This document shows, piece after piece, positions 28,215 to 41,243 of a stretch of DNA of 64,000 nt (position 1 is its first letter; each line of letters begins with the position of its first letter). The stretch is from Podarcis tiliguerta (taxonomy: Eukaryota), in assembly GCA_965153285.1 (NCBI GenBank), contig OZ229113.1. One strand, written 5' to 3'. The notes below the pieces were generated by a model, which was not told the origin of the DNA, did not search any database, and was given only the letters and a program-made list of their open reading frames with translations. A program made the position numbers and the translations under genes.

Positions 28215-31200
28215 TACTGTAATAAGAAATGCCTTGGCTACTGTGTCTGCACCAGTTATATTTTGTGGCAGTTGGGTCTGAAGGTGCTTCAAGTTGCATA
28301 TGCAGCCTCTTATGTGTCCTGTCACTGTTAGTTTTACATTTTCATTTTTCTGAAGTTTGAACATTACCTGAAATGCAATGATTTGGAGCAGATCCAAAAT
28401 AGGTTTCTGCGACTGAAAGAACTCCTCCTGTTCACAGATGGAACCAAGATCCAGTGGATCTGCAGGAAGAGGAGGAAAAAGCAGTTTTCACAAATTCCTC
28501 CTGCAGAACTTCATGTCGCCTCTCATGCTGCTGTGGAGGGTGTCTAAACCTTCTGAAGAATATTTGGGGACACATAGTGCAAAGTAGTTGGTAAAAGTCA
28601 GCTCCCTCCTTCTGCTGATGGGAGGCCAAGGGATGCTGCTGCCAGGGGATACCTAACTAGGATCCAAACCATTATCCCAAATATTTGTGTGAGCTAACAG
28701 GGTCCTTCATCCTGTCTTATAGGCCCTCATCCACTCCTATTAATATGGATGATCTTCATACTGTTTGGAGGGATGCAATGTACTGTGTGTCCACATTACA
28801 TGACACAATTTGCTTTGTCTGTAGCAGGCAGTACTGCAGTGTGCCTCCCTACCACAGTAACCTTTGCTCCCTACCGCAGTAACATAACACCACCTGCTTC
28901 CCAAACATGTGCTCTCCCACTGAGCTACGGGCCTTAACTGGATTGATTTTTAGCTTGCTAAATTGTTAGTCATCAATGACAGACCTAAACACTTGTCATT
29001 TAAGACTCTCCCCCCTGTCTGAAAAAGGGATGGAGAAATGGTGGCCCTTGATGTTGCTGGGCTCCAACTCCCATCAGACTTAGCCAGCATGGCCAGTGGT
29101 CAAGGATGATGGGAATTGTAGTCCAGGAACATCTTAGAGGGCAACAAGTTCCCATCCCTGTTTTAAAGGAAAAGCTTTTCAAATTGTAGTGATGTGAATT
29201 TAGCCTATTAATTCACAGTCATTGTGAGTTACAGAATATATAATTTATTATAGTAAAGAGAAGGTTTAAATTGTTCCTTAAAATTTGAATTCCTTTGTTA
29301 ATGGTAAATACAACCATAACCATTTATCCAGTTGCAAAGAATGTGGACTAGTAAATATTTCGATGGAGAACCTAGGAGGGAGGCATGTCCTGAAGCGAAC
29401 TGAAAATAATACAGAACATGAAGCAAATTGACAGACTGCATAATAGAAAATACAAAGTTGAGACACATAAAACAAAATAAATACAAATTATTCAAATGTT
29501 TGTGTTGTTTCTTAACACATAGTTATATTGGGTATTGGACACCATTGATCTATGTTCAAGTTTGAGAAACCTGTAACATACTGAGAAACCTCATTTTTTT
29601 GTCATGCACATAGCATGTTGGTTTTTGTGTATATATTACATAATTTTTTCCCCTTCTAAAACTAAATTTACATTACAGAACCAATTTCCCACTGTTGCAT
29701 AAACCCTCATCTCTGGTTTGTGTCTAGTGTGCAGTCTGGTGTGCTGTTATTGCTTTGCTACTGGATAGGAGCATTTAACACTTGGATAACTCGACAGTGC
29801 TGATTTCTGTCCATTAGGGACTCACTCAGTGGAGAAAATAATTTACCCTCAAGGCTCTGAGATATATTAAACTACCATCTTGTGGTTAAAAACCTTACAA
29901 AGATTTTTTTTAAAGAGTTTGCTTTAATACTAACATGGTTTTCTTAAAATTGCAGGGTAGGAAGGAACCAAATGATAGTTGTGTTTGAAGCAACTGATGC
30001 AAGTCAGACAAGCCCCTACATAGTCACAATCCAGATCGCAGTGTACCCCAGTGGGGGAGTTGATATAAACTACATAATGTCACTGCTTTGAAAATAGATC
30101 CAGATAATACAACCATGAGAATCAAGCTGTATTATCTAGGGATGACCCAAACAGTAAAAGCAACAACCCAGCGTCTCTCGATATCCCTCCTGACAATTCA
30201 GCAAAAGTCTTCCATAGAGCCTGAAAATACCAACTGAATGCAAATCTCTGCAGTCTCTTGCTTTTAGTTGTGACGTATCACTGGTTTCCATGCTAGGTTC
30301 TCTTGAGCACCCGCATTATTTTGAGTATCTTAAGATACTTTCCTGCTGCAAGTGTGTCTCTCTGTGGGTCAGAATGTCAGAAATAGTGCTGGGAGTATAT
30401 TGCACTAGAGTGCCATAAAATACCAGTGATAATTTCCATTTGCCTTTGTGGCCTAATACCCAAAACTATTACATGTGTTTAAGATTAAAATGGTTATTTT
30501 TTTTCCATTTTCTGGGCCATTTTGTCGACTTTAATACCAGTATTCTGTATGTTCTTTATGATTGCTTGTAAGCTAGCTTGGCGTAGAAGTTGCTTTGTAA
30601 GCAGAGTTATGTGTTTCCAAAGAATGAAATGTTGGGACTGAAAAGCTGTTTGAGGGTGCTGTATAATAGTGTTGTGTGACTGAGTCAATTTCCAAGCAAA
30701 AGAAACACATGAAGCCAGCAAACATTATTTGGGAACCCCAGTTTGGTCTCTTCCTGAAACTGAGCCACAAAACCCCTGCACATTGGTTGCATTAATGAAG
30801 TCTCTAATTCCTGACCATCCACAGGACTGATGTTTGCAGAGCTGCTCCTTTTCTAGTCTTTGATCCATTCACACAGCCTAATTTGCATGTTGAAATATAG
30901 GTGAAGTTAAACTTTTCATGATTCACTTTATGAGTGAAGGTTGAGTGGCAGAGCAGCCAAACTACGTTCCTCCCATTCATTCATCCATTTCTGTTTTTAG
31001 TGTGTGTCTACCTTCTTCACAGAGTTGAAAAGTTCTGAAAGTCCACCTTGCCTGGCCACCTGCACTGTGCCAGCTTTTCTACTTGTCTGTTTCCCAGGGA
31101 TAAACCCATTAATTCTTCCTGCCATGGTATGTTATAAGCAGGGAGCAGGCATGCTATGGAAAGGTATTGTGAACATCTCCTCTAAGCTTGTGACTGCTCC

Positions 31201-32448
31201 TGGGAAAACTCGCATGCTTGAAATCTTATCAAAGTGCACCTGTTTCCAGAATGCCCCACCTAGCTCTGAAACTAGACACACAAGGGGCATTGTGATGTCA
31301 CATGCCAATCTCAAAATGTCCTTTCTGAACACGCTGCGTTTAGTTTCAGCTAGTTGAGATGTGAAAATTCAGAGCTTTCCAAAATCACTGCTGCTTACAG
31401 GTCAGTTTGCTCAAAATGGCTTAAACAAATGAGGCAAGTCATGTACTTCAAGGTGGAGGTAGAAAGCTATTTGTCTCTTCTGTGGTTTATTGCGTGTTAA
31501 CGTTGATTCTATAACTGTGTAAAAGAGAGATTTTTCAACTTGGCTCTTGGTTCTGTCATTTGCATTTCTGAAATCTCCTGGGAATAAATGTTTTCCCTCT
31601 CCACACTTCCTTGTCAGGTCCTATGGTTTTCCTTACTTTGAGTGATTGCTTATATTTGCTAGCAATCACTTAGGCACAGGCAGTAAAATCCTAGAAACTA
31701 AGAGGCTCCAGAAATCTCTGTGCACCAGCTTGTGAACCCTCTTATACATCTTGCACATATAAACACCATATAACCACTTTTAGATAGCTAGCGCACAAGG
31801 CCAGAAGAACTGGTAGTACAATGCAACAAATAGGCAGCTCATTTGGGAGGAGACAAGTATGACAAACATGTCCCTGGGACAAGAGTTCAAGGCCCACTAG
31901 TGAGGCAATTTTCATCTGAGGAGGAAGATCCTCTTCTCAGGGAATGAAAGAGAAGAACTAGATTAAGCCATCAGGGAAACTGCAGTTTTACAGAAGCAAA
32001 TGCTGGTAGCCACTGGTTGTGATCTCCCAACAGAAAAGGCTCAGTCTTGAGAATGTTTGCAGTCTGAGCCAATCGCCTGGTTCTCACAGGATTGAAGATG
32101 CCTTTTGTATCACACAGCCTCTGCCACTCCATCACTCACATCCACATCACAATCAGACTTCTTACCTTTGAAGGATCTCAAGTGGCTAGAGAGTGATGCT
32201 GCATTTGTATTACTGCAGATGCCACATAATACCCATTTTGCTATCATTTAGTGTGGCAGCACCAGCACTTTGGAACGCCCTGCCTATTGAGATCAAGTAA
32301 GCACCTTCACTGCACGGGCAACAACTGATTGATGGATAAATGCGCATGGCACCAAACCTAGAAGTGACCTGAAAACGACTTTCATGACCTGCCTTTCCAC
32401 TCTTGGAGTTTCCTGTGTGGAAGATGCTGCCACCCGCTACTGAGGAAG

Positions 32449-32648
32449 NNNNNNNNNNNNNNNNNNNNNNNNNNNNNNNNNNNNNNNNNNNNNNNNNNNN
32501 NNNNNNNNNNNNNNNNNNNNNNNNNNNNNNNNNNNNNNNNNNNNNNNNNNNNNNNNNNNNNNNNNNNNNNNNNNNNNNNNNNNNNNNNNNNNNNNNNNNN
32601 NNNNNNNNNNNNNNNNNNNNNNNNNNNNNNNNNNNNNNNNNNNNNNNN
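32449..32648. other. Assembly gap (200 N)
   Basis: Run of N with a round length, typical of a scaffold join. True size unknown. Confidence 0.99.
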
Positions 32649-33439
32649 GAAGGAAGTGAGGGGTTGTGTGACATGTGTTTTGGCTCTCTAACAGAATTCA
32701 GTGGAAGTATTTCTAAATAACACCACACAGGAACAAAGGAAGTTGCCTCAGAACACAGCAGAGTATTTGTCCATCTTCGCATATATAAAAGTTCCCATGC
32801 TGAACCCAGTGAGGTAAACTAGGTAGCAGATGATGATTGAGGCCACTGCCTGAAGACTCAGGAATGTGGTTGCAACTAGTTAGTAGACTGCACTGGGTTT
32901 GATTTCCATTCCATAAATCTTTCCCAGACTATCTATTCTGACTCATTGCAGCAGGTTTCCTGGGTCTCAGACAGACGCCTGCCACTCATCACCTGCTACC
33001 TGATCCTTTTAACGGCAGTTGCCAGCCAGAGATCAGACATGGGAACATAGAATTGTAGAACTGGAAATAACACTGTGGATCATCTAGTAGTCCAACCAGC
33101 TGCAATGCAGGAATATGCATATGGGGATTGAACCTTGGCATTATCAGCACCATGCTCTTACCAACTGAGCAAGACACATGCTCCCCCACTGAGAATTCCT
33201 TAATATGATTGCTAAGTGTGTTCCAACCTCAGGATTCTAGAATCACCTTGTATCTAAACACTTGGAATTCATGGTAGTGTTGCAAGAGATCAGCACATTC
33301 TTCTGAGATCCAGGAGAGACTAGGGGAATACGGATTGGAAAATGCAGGGTGCATTGGTCTCAGAGTCCCTGGGTTTTAGGAAGTTAGCGGAGCCAGGGAA
33401 ATGAGCATGCTGCTTTTATCTTGCAGTAGGATAAGACAC

Positions 33440-34003
33440 TGTCATGGACTGGTATGATGCTGAGGAATGATGGGAGGAACCAGCTGGGAAACCACCAAGG
33501 GAAGAAGGCTCAGAGCCTGGATAGTGATGGTGGGACAACAATGAGAAGAGGGAAGAGGAGGTGTCTTAAGTTGAAGGGGTAACAGGGCTCAGTGAGTTGG
33601 AAGAGTCTGTGGCAGATAGAAGTTCAGAACGAGAGGCAGAAGCTAAGGCAGGCTAGTGAGAGGAGGGAAGTCAAGAGACAGAGATGACTCAGACTGGTGA
33701 AGAGTCACAGGTGTCTCCCCGTCCTGCTATGACAAACTTCCCTCCCCCTGACTCCGAGAAGCAGGAGAGGCATGAAACGGGTGGAGCAAAGACAGGCATA
33801 GTCTTGGATTGCTTAGATAAAGCTTGAAGAGGAGGAGACATAGATAGCTGTTGGGAGGCAGGAACCTTTAGTCTGATTTCATTGATTAAGACCATGGCCT
33901 GCTAATGGTCATTAGACCTGAAACTCAGCCAAGGCTATTGAGATCATGTTTTTGCTAATAAAGAGTTAAATTGAACTCTGAACTGTGTGATGTCTACTCA
34001 ACA
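33440..34003 (+). mobile_element. Probable degenerate solo LTR
   Basis: Starts TGTCATGGACTGG, has a purine-rich body and AATAAA at 33957 close to a CA end. No clean TSD found. Confidence 0.5.
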
Positions 34004-35244
34004 CTGAGTAGACTCATTGAAATCAGTGGTTTTAAGTAATTTGCTCATTGACTGTACTCTTGAGTATGACTAATGTTTGGTATTGCCCTATGTGAATTCC
34101 TGTAGTTGATCTTCTATGTTCTTCTTTCTCCCTGTGGTCCAAGGAATTCACAGCATCAGCTAAAATATTTGAAGCATGTTGTAGTTTTGGTCATCTGTAT
34201 TACACAGTGTCAGCTTTTGTGGAAACTTCTTCATTCTTGAATGTCTGCTGAAAAGTCAGGGATCTGTGCCCATTGTAATGAATGTGTGTCTGGCAGGGTG
34301 TCCTGTGGATTCTAAAGTGGTCAGTAGTCTTTCTCTAGCAACCAACAGACTAATTCTATGGCTATTTGCTCATATTTATTAACAGACCAATTCTCAGAAA
34401 TATGCCCTATTTTGTTCAACAGGGCCACTTTCTAGCGTTTTTAGGACAGAGCCCCACCCCCCACTCTGTTTTTAGTGCCCTCTGATTGGAAGAGAAAGTG
34501 GTGGCTGTCAGGTATGGTGTGTTTTGCACCCATTTGATCTGAGGACAAAATTTGAGAGCCCCAATCTTACTAAGATTAAAGATGGAAAAATGTAAAGCAT
34601 GCCCATTTATTTTGGTGTTATTGCACTCAACTAGCAGGGTTGTAAGATTTCATTAGTAGATTAATCAACTAAAGATTTGATAGCCAATTAATCAGCGGGG
34701 ATGAACATTAAGAGCAAGACTGCCTTCCTTCTTTCCAGCCTCCTTGCTGAACTTGGTGGGATACTTGGATTTTCAAACTGAAACTGCTATGGCTTTCTTA
34801 CAATAAAGCCCACTGACAACAAGCTACTGTGCTAAAAAGAATGCAATTGCGTGCTCTAAATCAGCATCTTCAGCAATCTTGAAAGAATGGAATTTGAACT
34901 TCTTACCATTATATAGAGAAGTGTGTGGGTTTGACTCCGTCATTTGCCTGATTCACTGTTCACATTAAGCCAAACTATGGCTCAGTGTGGGAAAGGAGAT
35001 CAACAGTTGCTTCTTTCCTTCCTGGCCATTTTGATGTTGCACGGTGCTGAGCTCAACCGTGGTTTGAATTAGAGTGTCATCTAAGCCTGAGCTTTTGATT
35101 TAGTTCTCCCAGACAAACCATGAGCAGTAAACCATAGCACAAACCTTAGTTACAGGTCATAGTTAGTCTAGAGAGAACTATGCATGAGCCCAAGTTTGGA
35201 CAATGAAGTAAGCCAAACTATGACTTGGGTCATCATGGGAATGG

Positions 35245-36340
35245 GAAACTCCCCACCAGAGTAGAATCATATATCAAATAGATGGAAAGCTCTTCAATCT
35301 GAGCAGGCTGAAAGCAAAGAGTAAGGTTACCATAACTTCCGTCATAGAGCTTCAGTATGCTGATGGCAATGTAGTGTGTGCACGCTCAGAGGATGGCCTC
35401 CAAACCATCCTAACTATCTTTGCAGAAGCTTATGAAAAGCTTGGCCTATATCACTCAACATCCAAAAAACCAAAGTGCTGCACCAACAAGTATAAAATAA
35501 GCCCTCTGCAGTGCCACAAATCCAACTCAGTGGTGTAACATTGGAAAATGTTGATCACTTCTCCTACCTAGGCAGTTATTTTCCCACAAGGGCCAACATT
35601 GATGCCGAAATTGATGCCGAAATCCAGCATTGCCTGAGCTCTGCAAGTGCGGCTTTCTTCCTATTGAAATGCAGAGTGTTTGAGGACCGGGACAATCTCA
35701 GGGAAACATAAATGCTTGTTTACAAAGCTATTGTACTACCAACCTTACTATATGCTTGTGAAACATGGACCACTTATAAACGCCATCTCCAACTCCTTGA
35801 AAGATGCCATCAATGGTGTCTCCGAAAAATTTTACACGTCACTTAGGAGGACAGACAAACTAATATCAGTGTACTGGAAGAAGCAAAGATCACCAGTGTT
35901 GAAGCAACGATTCTTCAACATCAACTTCGTTGGACTGGTCATGCTGTGTGGATGCCTGATGATTGTCTTCCAAAGCAACTACTCTATTCCAAACTTAAAA
36001 ATGGAAAGTGTAATGCGGGTGGTCAACAAAAGAGGTTTAAAGACTGTCTCAAGGCAAATCTAAAAAAATGCAGTATAAACACTGACAATGGGGAAACACT
36101 GGCCTGTGAGCGCTCCAGTTGGAGAACATCCTTTACCAAAGGTGTCATGGGCTTTGAAGACACTCGAACTCAAGGGAGAAACGTGCTAGGAGGAAGGCAC
36201 GCTAGGCAAATCCACACCGTGATCAACTCCCACCCGGGAGCCAACATCCCCACTGTGGAAGGACATGTGGATCCAGAATTGGCCGTGTTTATGGAAGACA
36301 ATCTTACTGGGCTACAAGTGATTGCCAAATAAGAAGAAGA
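35245..36340 (+). mobile_element. 5'-truncated RTE-clade LINE (reverse transcriptase pseudogene fragment)
   Basis: DGKLFNLSRLKAKSKV...ELQYADG (degenerate YADD), LENVDHFSYLGS, YKAIVLPTLLYACETWT, QLRWTGH..RM-like, GGQQKRFKDCLK, a terminal CxxC-like knuckle and an (AAG)n tail. Contains frameshifts and stops. Confidence 0.88.
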
Positions 36341-37856
36341 TTTAAAGAGGAAACTGAAAGTATTGCTTCCCTACTTGGACAAAGATCTATTCTACAGCTT
36401 TATTCTACAGCTGTACTCATTTTTCTTCCCTTATAGCTTGCTTAGTAGTGTAGGATTTCAGATTGTGGATTATTAAGTGCAAAATCCCCCCCCCCCCCCG
36501 CTTTTTATGGTTTGTATATGCCTGCACTTTTATTTGGAGTTCCTTTAAAATAGGAGGCTAAAGTAGGAATATATTAGAAAATTATTATAATTGAATCAGT
36601 GACACCTGACACAGATCTGAATAACTCTCTTTTTGTATTTATGGAGCACCTGAAATATACTATTCTGAAATCAAATTTGTTAAAAGCATTTCATCTTTTT
36701 TCAAAGCAGCAGATCTCTTCTGTTGTGTGTACACATCCCTTCCTCTTCCTTTTCCCTCCGGTATGTAAAGTTATTTTGGTAGATTATTCCTATTTCTCTT
36801 ACTTGTTCTCATATAATTTTAATTGTCATTTTATGTAATAGCTTAGAGGACAATCCACAAAGCATTTCTCATGCCTAAATCAGCATTACTTTCAGTATGC
36901 CTTGTAATGGTGGATTATTTTCTTAGAGTGTAATCCTATACATGTCTACTCTGAAGTAAATCCCATTGAGTTCAGTGGGATTTACACCCAGTTAAGTGTT
37001 CATAGGATTTCAGCCTCAGTAACTGTATTTGCATAACAATTTAGGTATGAAATAAAAATGCTTTAGAAAAATGGCCTGTTAAAATAGCCGGCCATAGTTT
37101 GAGGCTTTTGACAATTTTAAGCTGTTCTAATTAGCAATGAGGGTGGTGAAAAGCTTGTTTGGAATGGTAGGTTAATTTTAAGGACGTGCAACACTGCATC
37201 TTGCTAAATTATCTATGACAGAGCTTTAAAAGCCTGTATAGCCTTTTAAAAAGAGGTAATGGATGGGATACAGATTTTTCTAATCATGGAGAAGGCTAAC
37301 ATAAGGAGTGAAATATGTAATGTTTCAAAACAATTCCTGTTGTTAATTACTGTCTTTTCAGGCAAATTCCAGGAAAATTGTTGTGAAAGAGTGAGGGGAA
37401 AAGGGGCACGGGTCTTTCCCTAACTCCATATTTATTCCAGTTTTAATTATTTACAAAATGTAAAGAAATGCTCATTAGCAAAGAATCATACTTGAATGTA
37501 ATTAGCAGTTCGATATTAAAGTAGGTTTTGGCAGGGGGTGGCTAATCTGTGGCCCATCCACATGTTGCTGCCCTGAAACTCCCATCGTGCCTTATTATAG
37601 GCCATGCAAGCAGGGGCTGATGAGAGCTGGGGTCTAAAAGCATCTGGAGAGTCACAGGTTATGTCCCGCCTGCTGCATCATATGGCTTTGTGAAATATTT
37701 GATTATCTCCCCTCACACTGGCTGCCTTGTTTGCAATTTAAATAGCACACAAATTGATTAATACATAGATTACGTTTAGTGTGGAAGCTTGCAACTCTTT
37801 GGAATTTTATAGCGCAGGATTGCTGCTTTAGAATTCAGTTGAACCAAAAGTGTGTA

Positions 37857-38096
37857 CAGTGGTACCTCAGGTTAAGTATTTAATTCGTTCTGGAGGTCTG
37901 TTCTGAACCTGAAACTGTTCTTAACCTGAAGACCACTTTAGCTAATGGGGCCTCCTGCTGCCGCCGCGCCGCCGGGGCACGATTTCTGTTCTCATCCTGA
38001 AGCAAAGTTCTTAACCCGAGGTAATATTTTTGGGTTAGCGGAGTCTGTAACCTGAAGCGTATGTAACCTGAAGCGTATGTAACCCAAGTACCACTG
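37857..38096. mobile_element. Tigger/pogo-like MITE, copy 1
   Basis: TA|CAGTGGTACCTC ... GTACCACTG|TA, with internal (GTAACCTGAAGCGTAT) repeats. Confidence 0.88.
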
Positions 38097-38880
38097 TACG
38101 CTGTATTTGAAGGAGCAGTTTTACCCAGAAGGCCGTGCTAAAGTGTGTTCGTTGCCTACTGCTTCCTACAGCTTTTGCCTCTCCTTTCCTAGCTTGTTGT
38201 CATCTTCCATAGCTCTAAGACTGGATATGAGTCTAGCTGGAGGATGGGCTACTGGAGTGAATTGGGCAAATGAAAGGTTTGGCACTGTTTACTGCTTTCT
38301 GCTTCTCTGCTTGAAATAGCTGCCCTGTCCCGCTGCTTTACTGCTTCTGGGCGCAATCCATATTCTTAAAATAGAGTTGTTCTGGTGTTCTTTTGATGGC
38401 TGTGCTTAGTACATATTGACACGGAACATAGAAGAACTCTTATTGAGTCAGGCCAAATGCCCATCTCGTTTGGTCTGCTGTTCTCAGAGTGGCCAACTGG
38501 GTGTCTTGGTGAAGCCTACAAGCCATACCAGACCTGCAGCAGTGCCACCTGTAATGCCTGGTTACCCAGACGGGGGTGGCTGTTGCAGCCTGTTGCAGAG
38601 AACCCCTACCCCTCAGGGAGCAGTTTGGCCCCTGGGGATTGGCGGGCTTTTGTGCCAGCTGCCTGGTTTGAATTCTGACTGGGCTGAGTGGACAGGGTTT
38701 TGTCCGGTTTGTTCTCCTTCACAGTCTAGGCCTTGCTCCTTGGGGAGAGGTCACTGCAAGTGGGTCCACAGTTCTTAGCAACCTATATTCAGAGCCATAG
38801 TGCCTCGATGAGAGTGGATGTGGAACATAGCCTATGTTGCTTATAGCCGCTGATAACCTCATCCTTCGTGAATTGGTCTA

Positions 38881-39101
38881 CGGTGGTACCTCAGGTTACA
38901 TACGCTTCAGGTTACATACACTTCAGGTTACAGACTCGGCTAACCCAGAAATATTACCTCGGGTTAACAGAAATTGTGTAGCAGCAGTGCGGCGGCAGCG
39001 GGAAGGCCCCATTAGCTAAAATGGTGCTTCAGGTTAAGAACAGTTTCAGGTTAAGAACAGACCTCCAGAACGAATTAAGTTCTTAACCCGAGGTATCACT
39101 G
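38881..39101. mobile_element. Tigger/pogo-like MITE, copy 2 (inverted relative to copy 1)
   Basis: TA|CGGTGGTACCTC ... GAGGTATCACTG|TA. The interior is the reverse complement of 37857-38096. Confidence 0.88.
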
Positions 39102-39120
39102 TAATTCTGTTTTAAAGCTA

Positions 39121-39611
39121 CCGTATTTTTCGCCCTATAGGACGCACTTTTTCCCCTCCAAAAATGAAGGGGAAATGTGTGTGCGTCCTATGGGGCGAAT
39201 GCAGGCTTCGCGGACCTCTCCGCAAGCAGCGGGAGCGCTCCAGCTGCTGGTGGAGAGTTGCCTGCATGCTGAAGCCTGCGCGCGCTGAGCTCAGCGCGTC
39301 CAGGCTTCGCGGACCTCTCCGCTAGCAGCGGGAGCGCTCCCGCTGCTGGCGTTGAGTTGCCTGCATGCTGAAGCCTGCGCGCGCTGAGCTCAGCGCGTCC
39401 AGGCTTCGTGGACCTCTCAGCAAGCAGCGGGAGCCAGCACTGGGCTCCCACGGCTTGCAGAGAGCTGCCTGTTTGGGGGCTGGGGTCGGGGGAACCTCGG
39501 GCTTCCCCAACCCCGCGCCTGGGGGGGGAAATAATTTTTTTCCTTTATTTCCCCCCAAAAAAACTAGGTGCGCCTTATGGGACGGTGCGTCCTATAGGGC
39601 GAAAAATACGG
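39121..39611. mobile_element. Non-autonomous Tc1/mariner-superfamily (Tc2/pogo-like) element with an internal 99-bp tandem array
   Basis: TA|CCGTATTTTTCGCCCTATAGGACGCAC ... GTGCGTCCTATAGGGCGAAAAATACGG|TA: perfect TIR and TA TSD. Repeat units start at 39202, 39301 and 39400. Confidence 0.92.
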
Positions 39612-40614
39612 TATACAAATTTGGGAACATCAATATATCTTGAAGTGAATTCCACAGTTTAACCATCCCCTGTGCAGATAAGCACTTTCTTTAGTCTGTT
39701 TTGAATCTTGAGTCAGTTTCATTGGATTTCCCTGAGTATTATGAGCGAACGAAAAACTTCTCTCTATCTTCACCATGCATTTTTTTTAATACACCCATCA
39801 TGTCCCCCCACCCCCTAGGTCTTTTCTAAGCTAAAAATCCCTAAATAGGGTTACCTTTCTTCATGAGACAAGTTGCTTGATCATTTTGCTGCTGACTTTC
39901 AGTACATGGCTGCCTGACTGTTGGCTAGCCCCATGGATTATGTAGCTGTATCAAGTGTTGAGAAAGCTATGTTGGTTGCTTGTTTGCTCCTGGGTCCAAT
40001 TCAAGATGATGGTGTTAACTTTTAAGGTTTTTAAATTATTTGGTTCTGGGGTGACTCATAGGATGCCTTGAAAATCCATCCCCATGTGATAATCAGATGC
40101 AGCCTGCTGGCATCTGAGCTTGGAGAAGGCCCCTTTGTGTTGTGTATTTTCTTCTCTTCAGGATGCCCTCAGAGCCACATTTTGAACACTTGTTGCTTTG
40201 GAAAGCAGGCGAAACCATTTCACTAAGGCTTTGGGGACCTTATCCGTGGGCAGTGATTAGTTAACGTTGAATGCTGCCAGTTAATTTTATTACTGTATCT
40301 AACATGGTTGAATGATTTGTTTGATTGGATTTTTGATGTTCATGTGTTTTATTATTATGACAAAGTTATTAGTCACCTTGGCTGCTCTTTATGAGTTGAA
40401 AAGGTAGCATGATAATGGAAACATAAACTGTAATATGTAAAGCCATACAGGAAAGAGATAGATTTTGATGTATGGTAGCTGTTTCTTCATTATGATTATG
40501 CTCATTATTTCATAAGGCACATGCTTTCCATGCATAAAGTACAAGGTTCATTCTCCAGCATCTCAAGGCACTCTTTTCTGAAACCCCAGAAAGCTGCTGT
40601 TAGTCAGTGTAGAC

Positions 40615-40862
40615 CAGGGGTAGGCAACCTAAGGCCCGGAGGCCGGATGCGGCCCAATCGCCTTCTCAATCCGGCCCGCGGAAGGTCCGGGAATCAGTGT
40701 GTTTTTACACGAGTAGAGTGTTTGCTTTTATTTAAAATGCATCTCTGGGTTATTTGTGGGGCATAGGAATTCGTTCACCCCCCCCCCAAATATAATCTGG
40801 CCCACCACATGGTCTGAGGTGCGGTGGACTGGCCCATGGGTGGAAAATGTTGCTGACCCCTG
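40615..40862. mobile_element. hAT (Charlie-like) MITE
   Basis: CAGGGGTAGGCAAC ... GTTGCTGACCCCTG termini, with perfect 8-bp TSD GTGTAGAC (40607-40614 and 40863-40870). Confidence 0.92.
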
Positions 40863-40888
40863 GTGTAGACTGTAGTGAGCTAACTGTA

Positions 40889-41243
40889 AAGGTAAAGGTA
40901 AAGGGACCCCTGAACATTAGGTCCAGTCGTGGCCGACTCTGGGGTTGCGGCGCTCATCTCGCTTTACTGGCCGAGGGATCCGGCGTACAGCTTCTGGGTC
41001 ATGTGGCCAGCATGACTAAGCCGCTTCTGGTGAACCAGAGCAGCGCACGGAAACACCATTTACCTTCCCGCCGGAGCGGTACCTATTTAGCTACTTGCAC
41101 TTGACGTGCTTTTGAACTGCTAGGTTAGCAGGAGCAGGGACCAAGCAACGGGAGCTCACCCCGTTGCAGGGATTCAAACTGCTGACCTTCTGATCGGCAA
41201 GCCCAAGGCTCTGTGGTATAGACCACAGCGCCACCCACGTCCC
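40889..41243 (-). mobile_element. Full-length Sauria SINE
   Basis: Reverse complement of the 22764 element, with a 13-bp TSD TGAGCTAACTGTA (40876-40888 and 41244-41256). Confidence 0.93.

Noticed and set aside
32210-32782. ORFs of 190 aa and 105 aa
   Set aside because: They are artefacts of translating through the N gap.
39188-39451. ORF with a 33-aa repeat and a CRISPR-like appearance
   Set aside because: It is the translation of a 99-bp tandem repeat inside a MITE. There are no unique spacers and no cas genes, and the context is eukaryotic.
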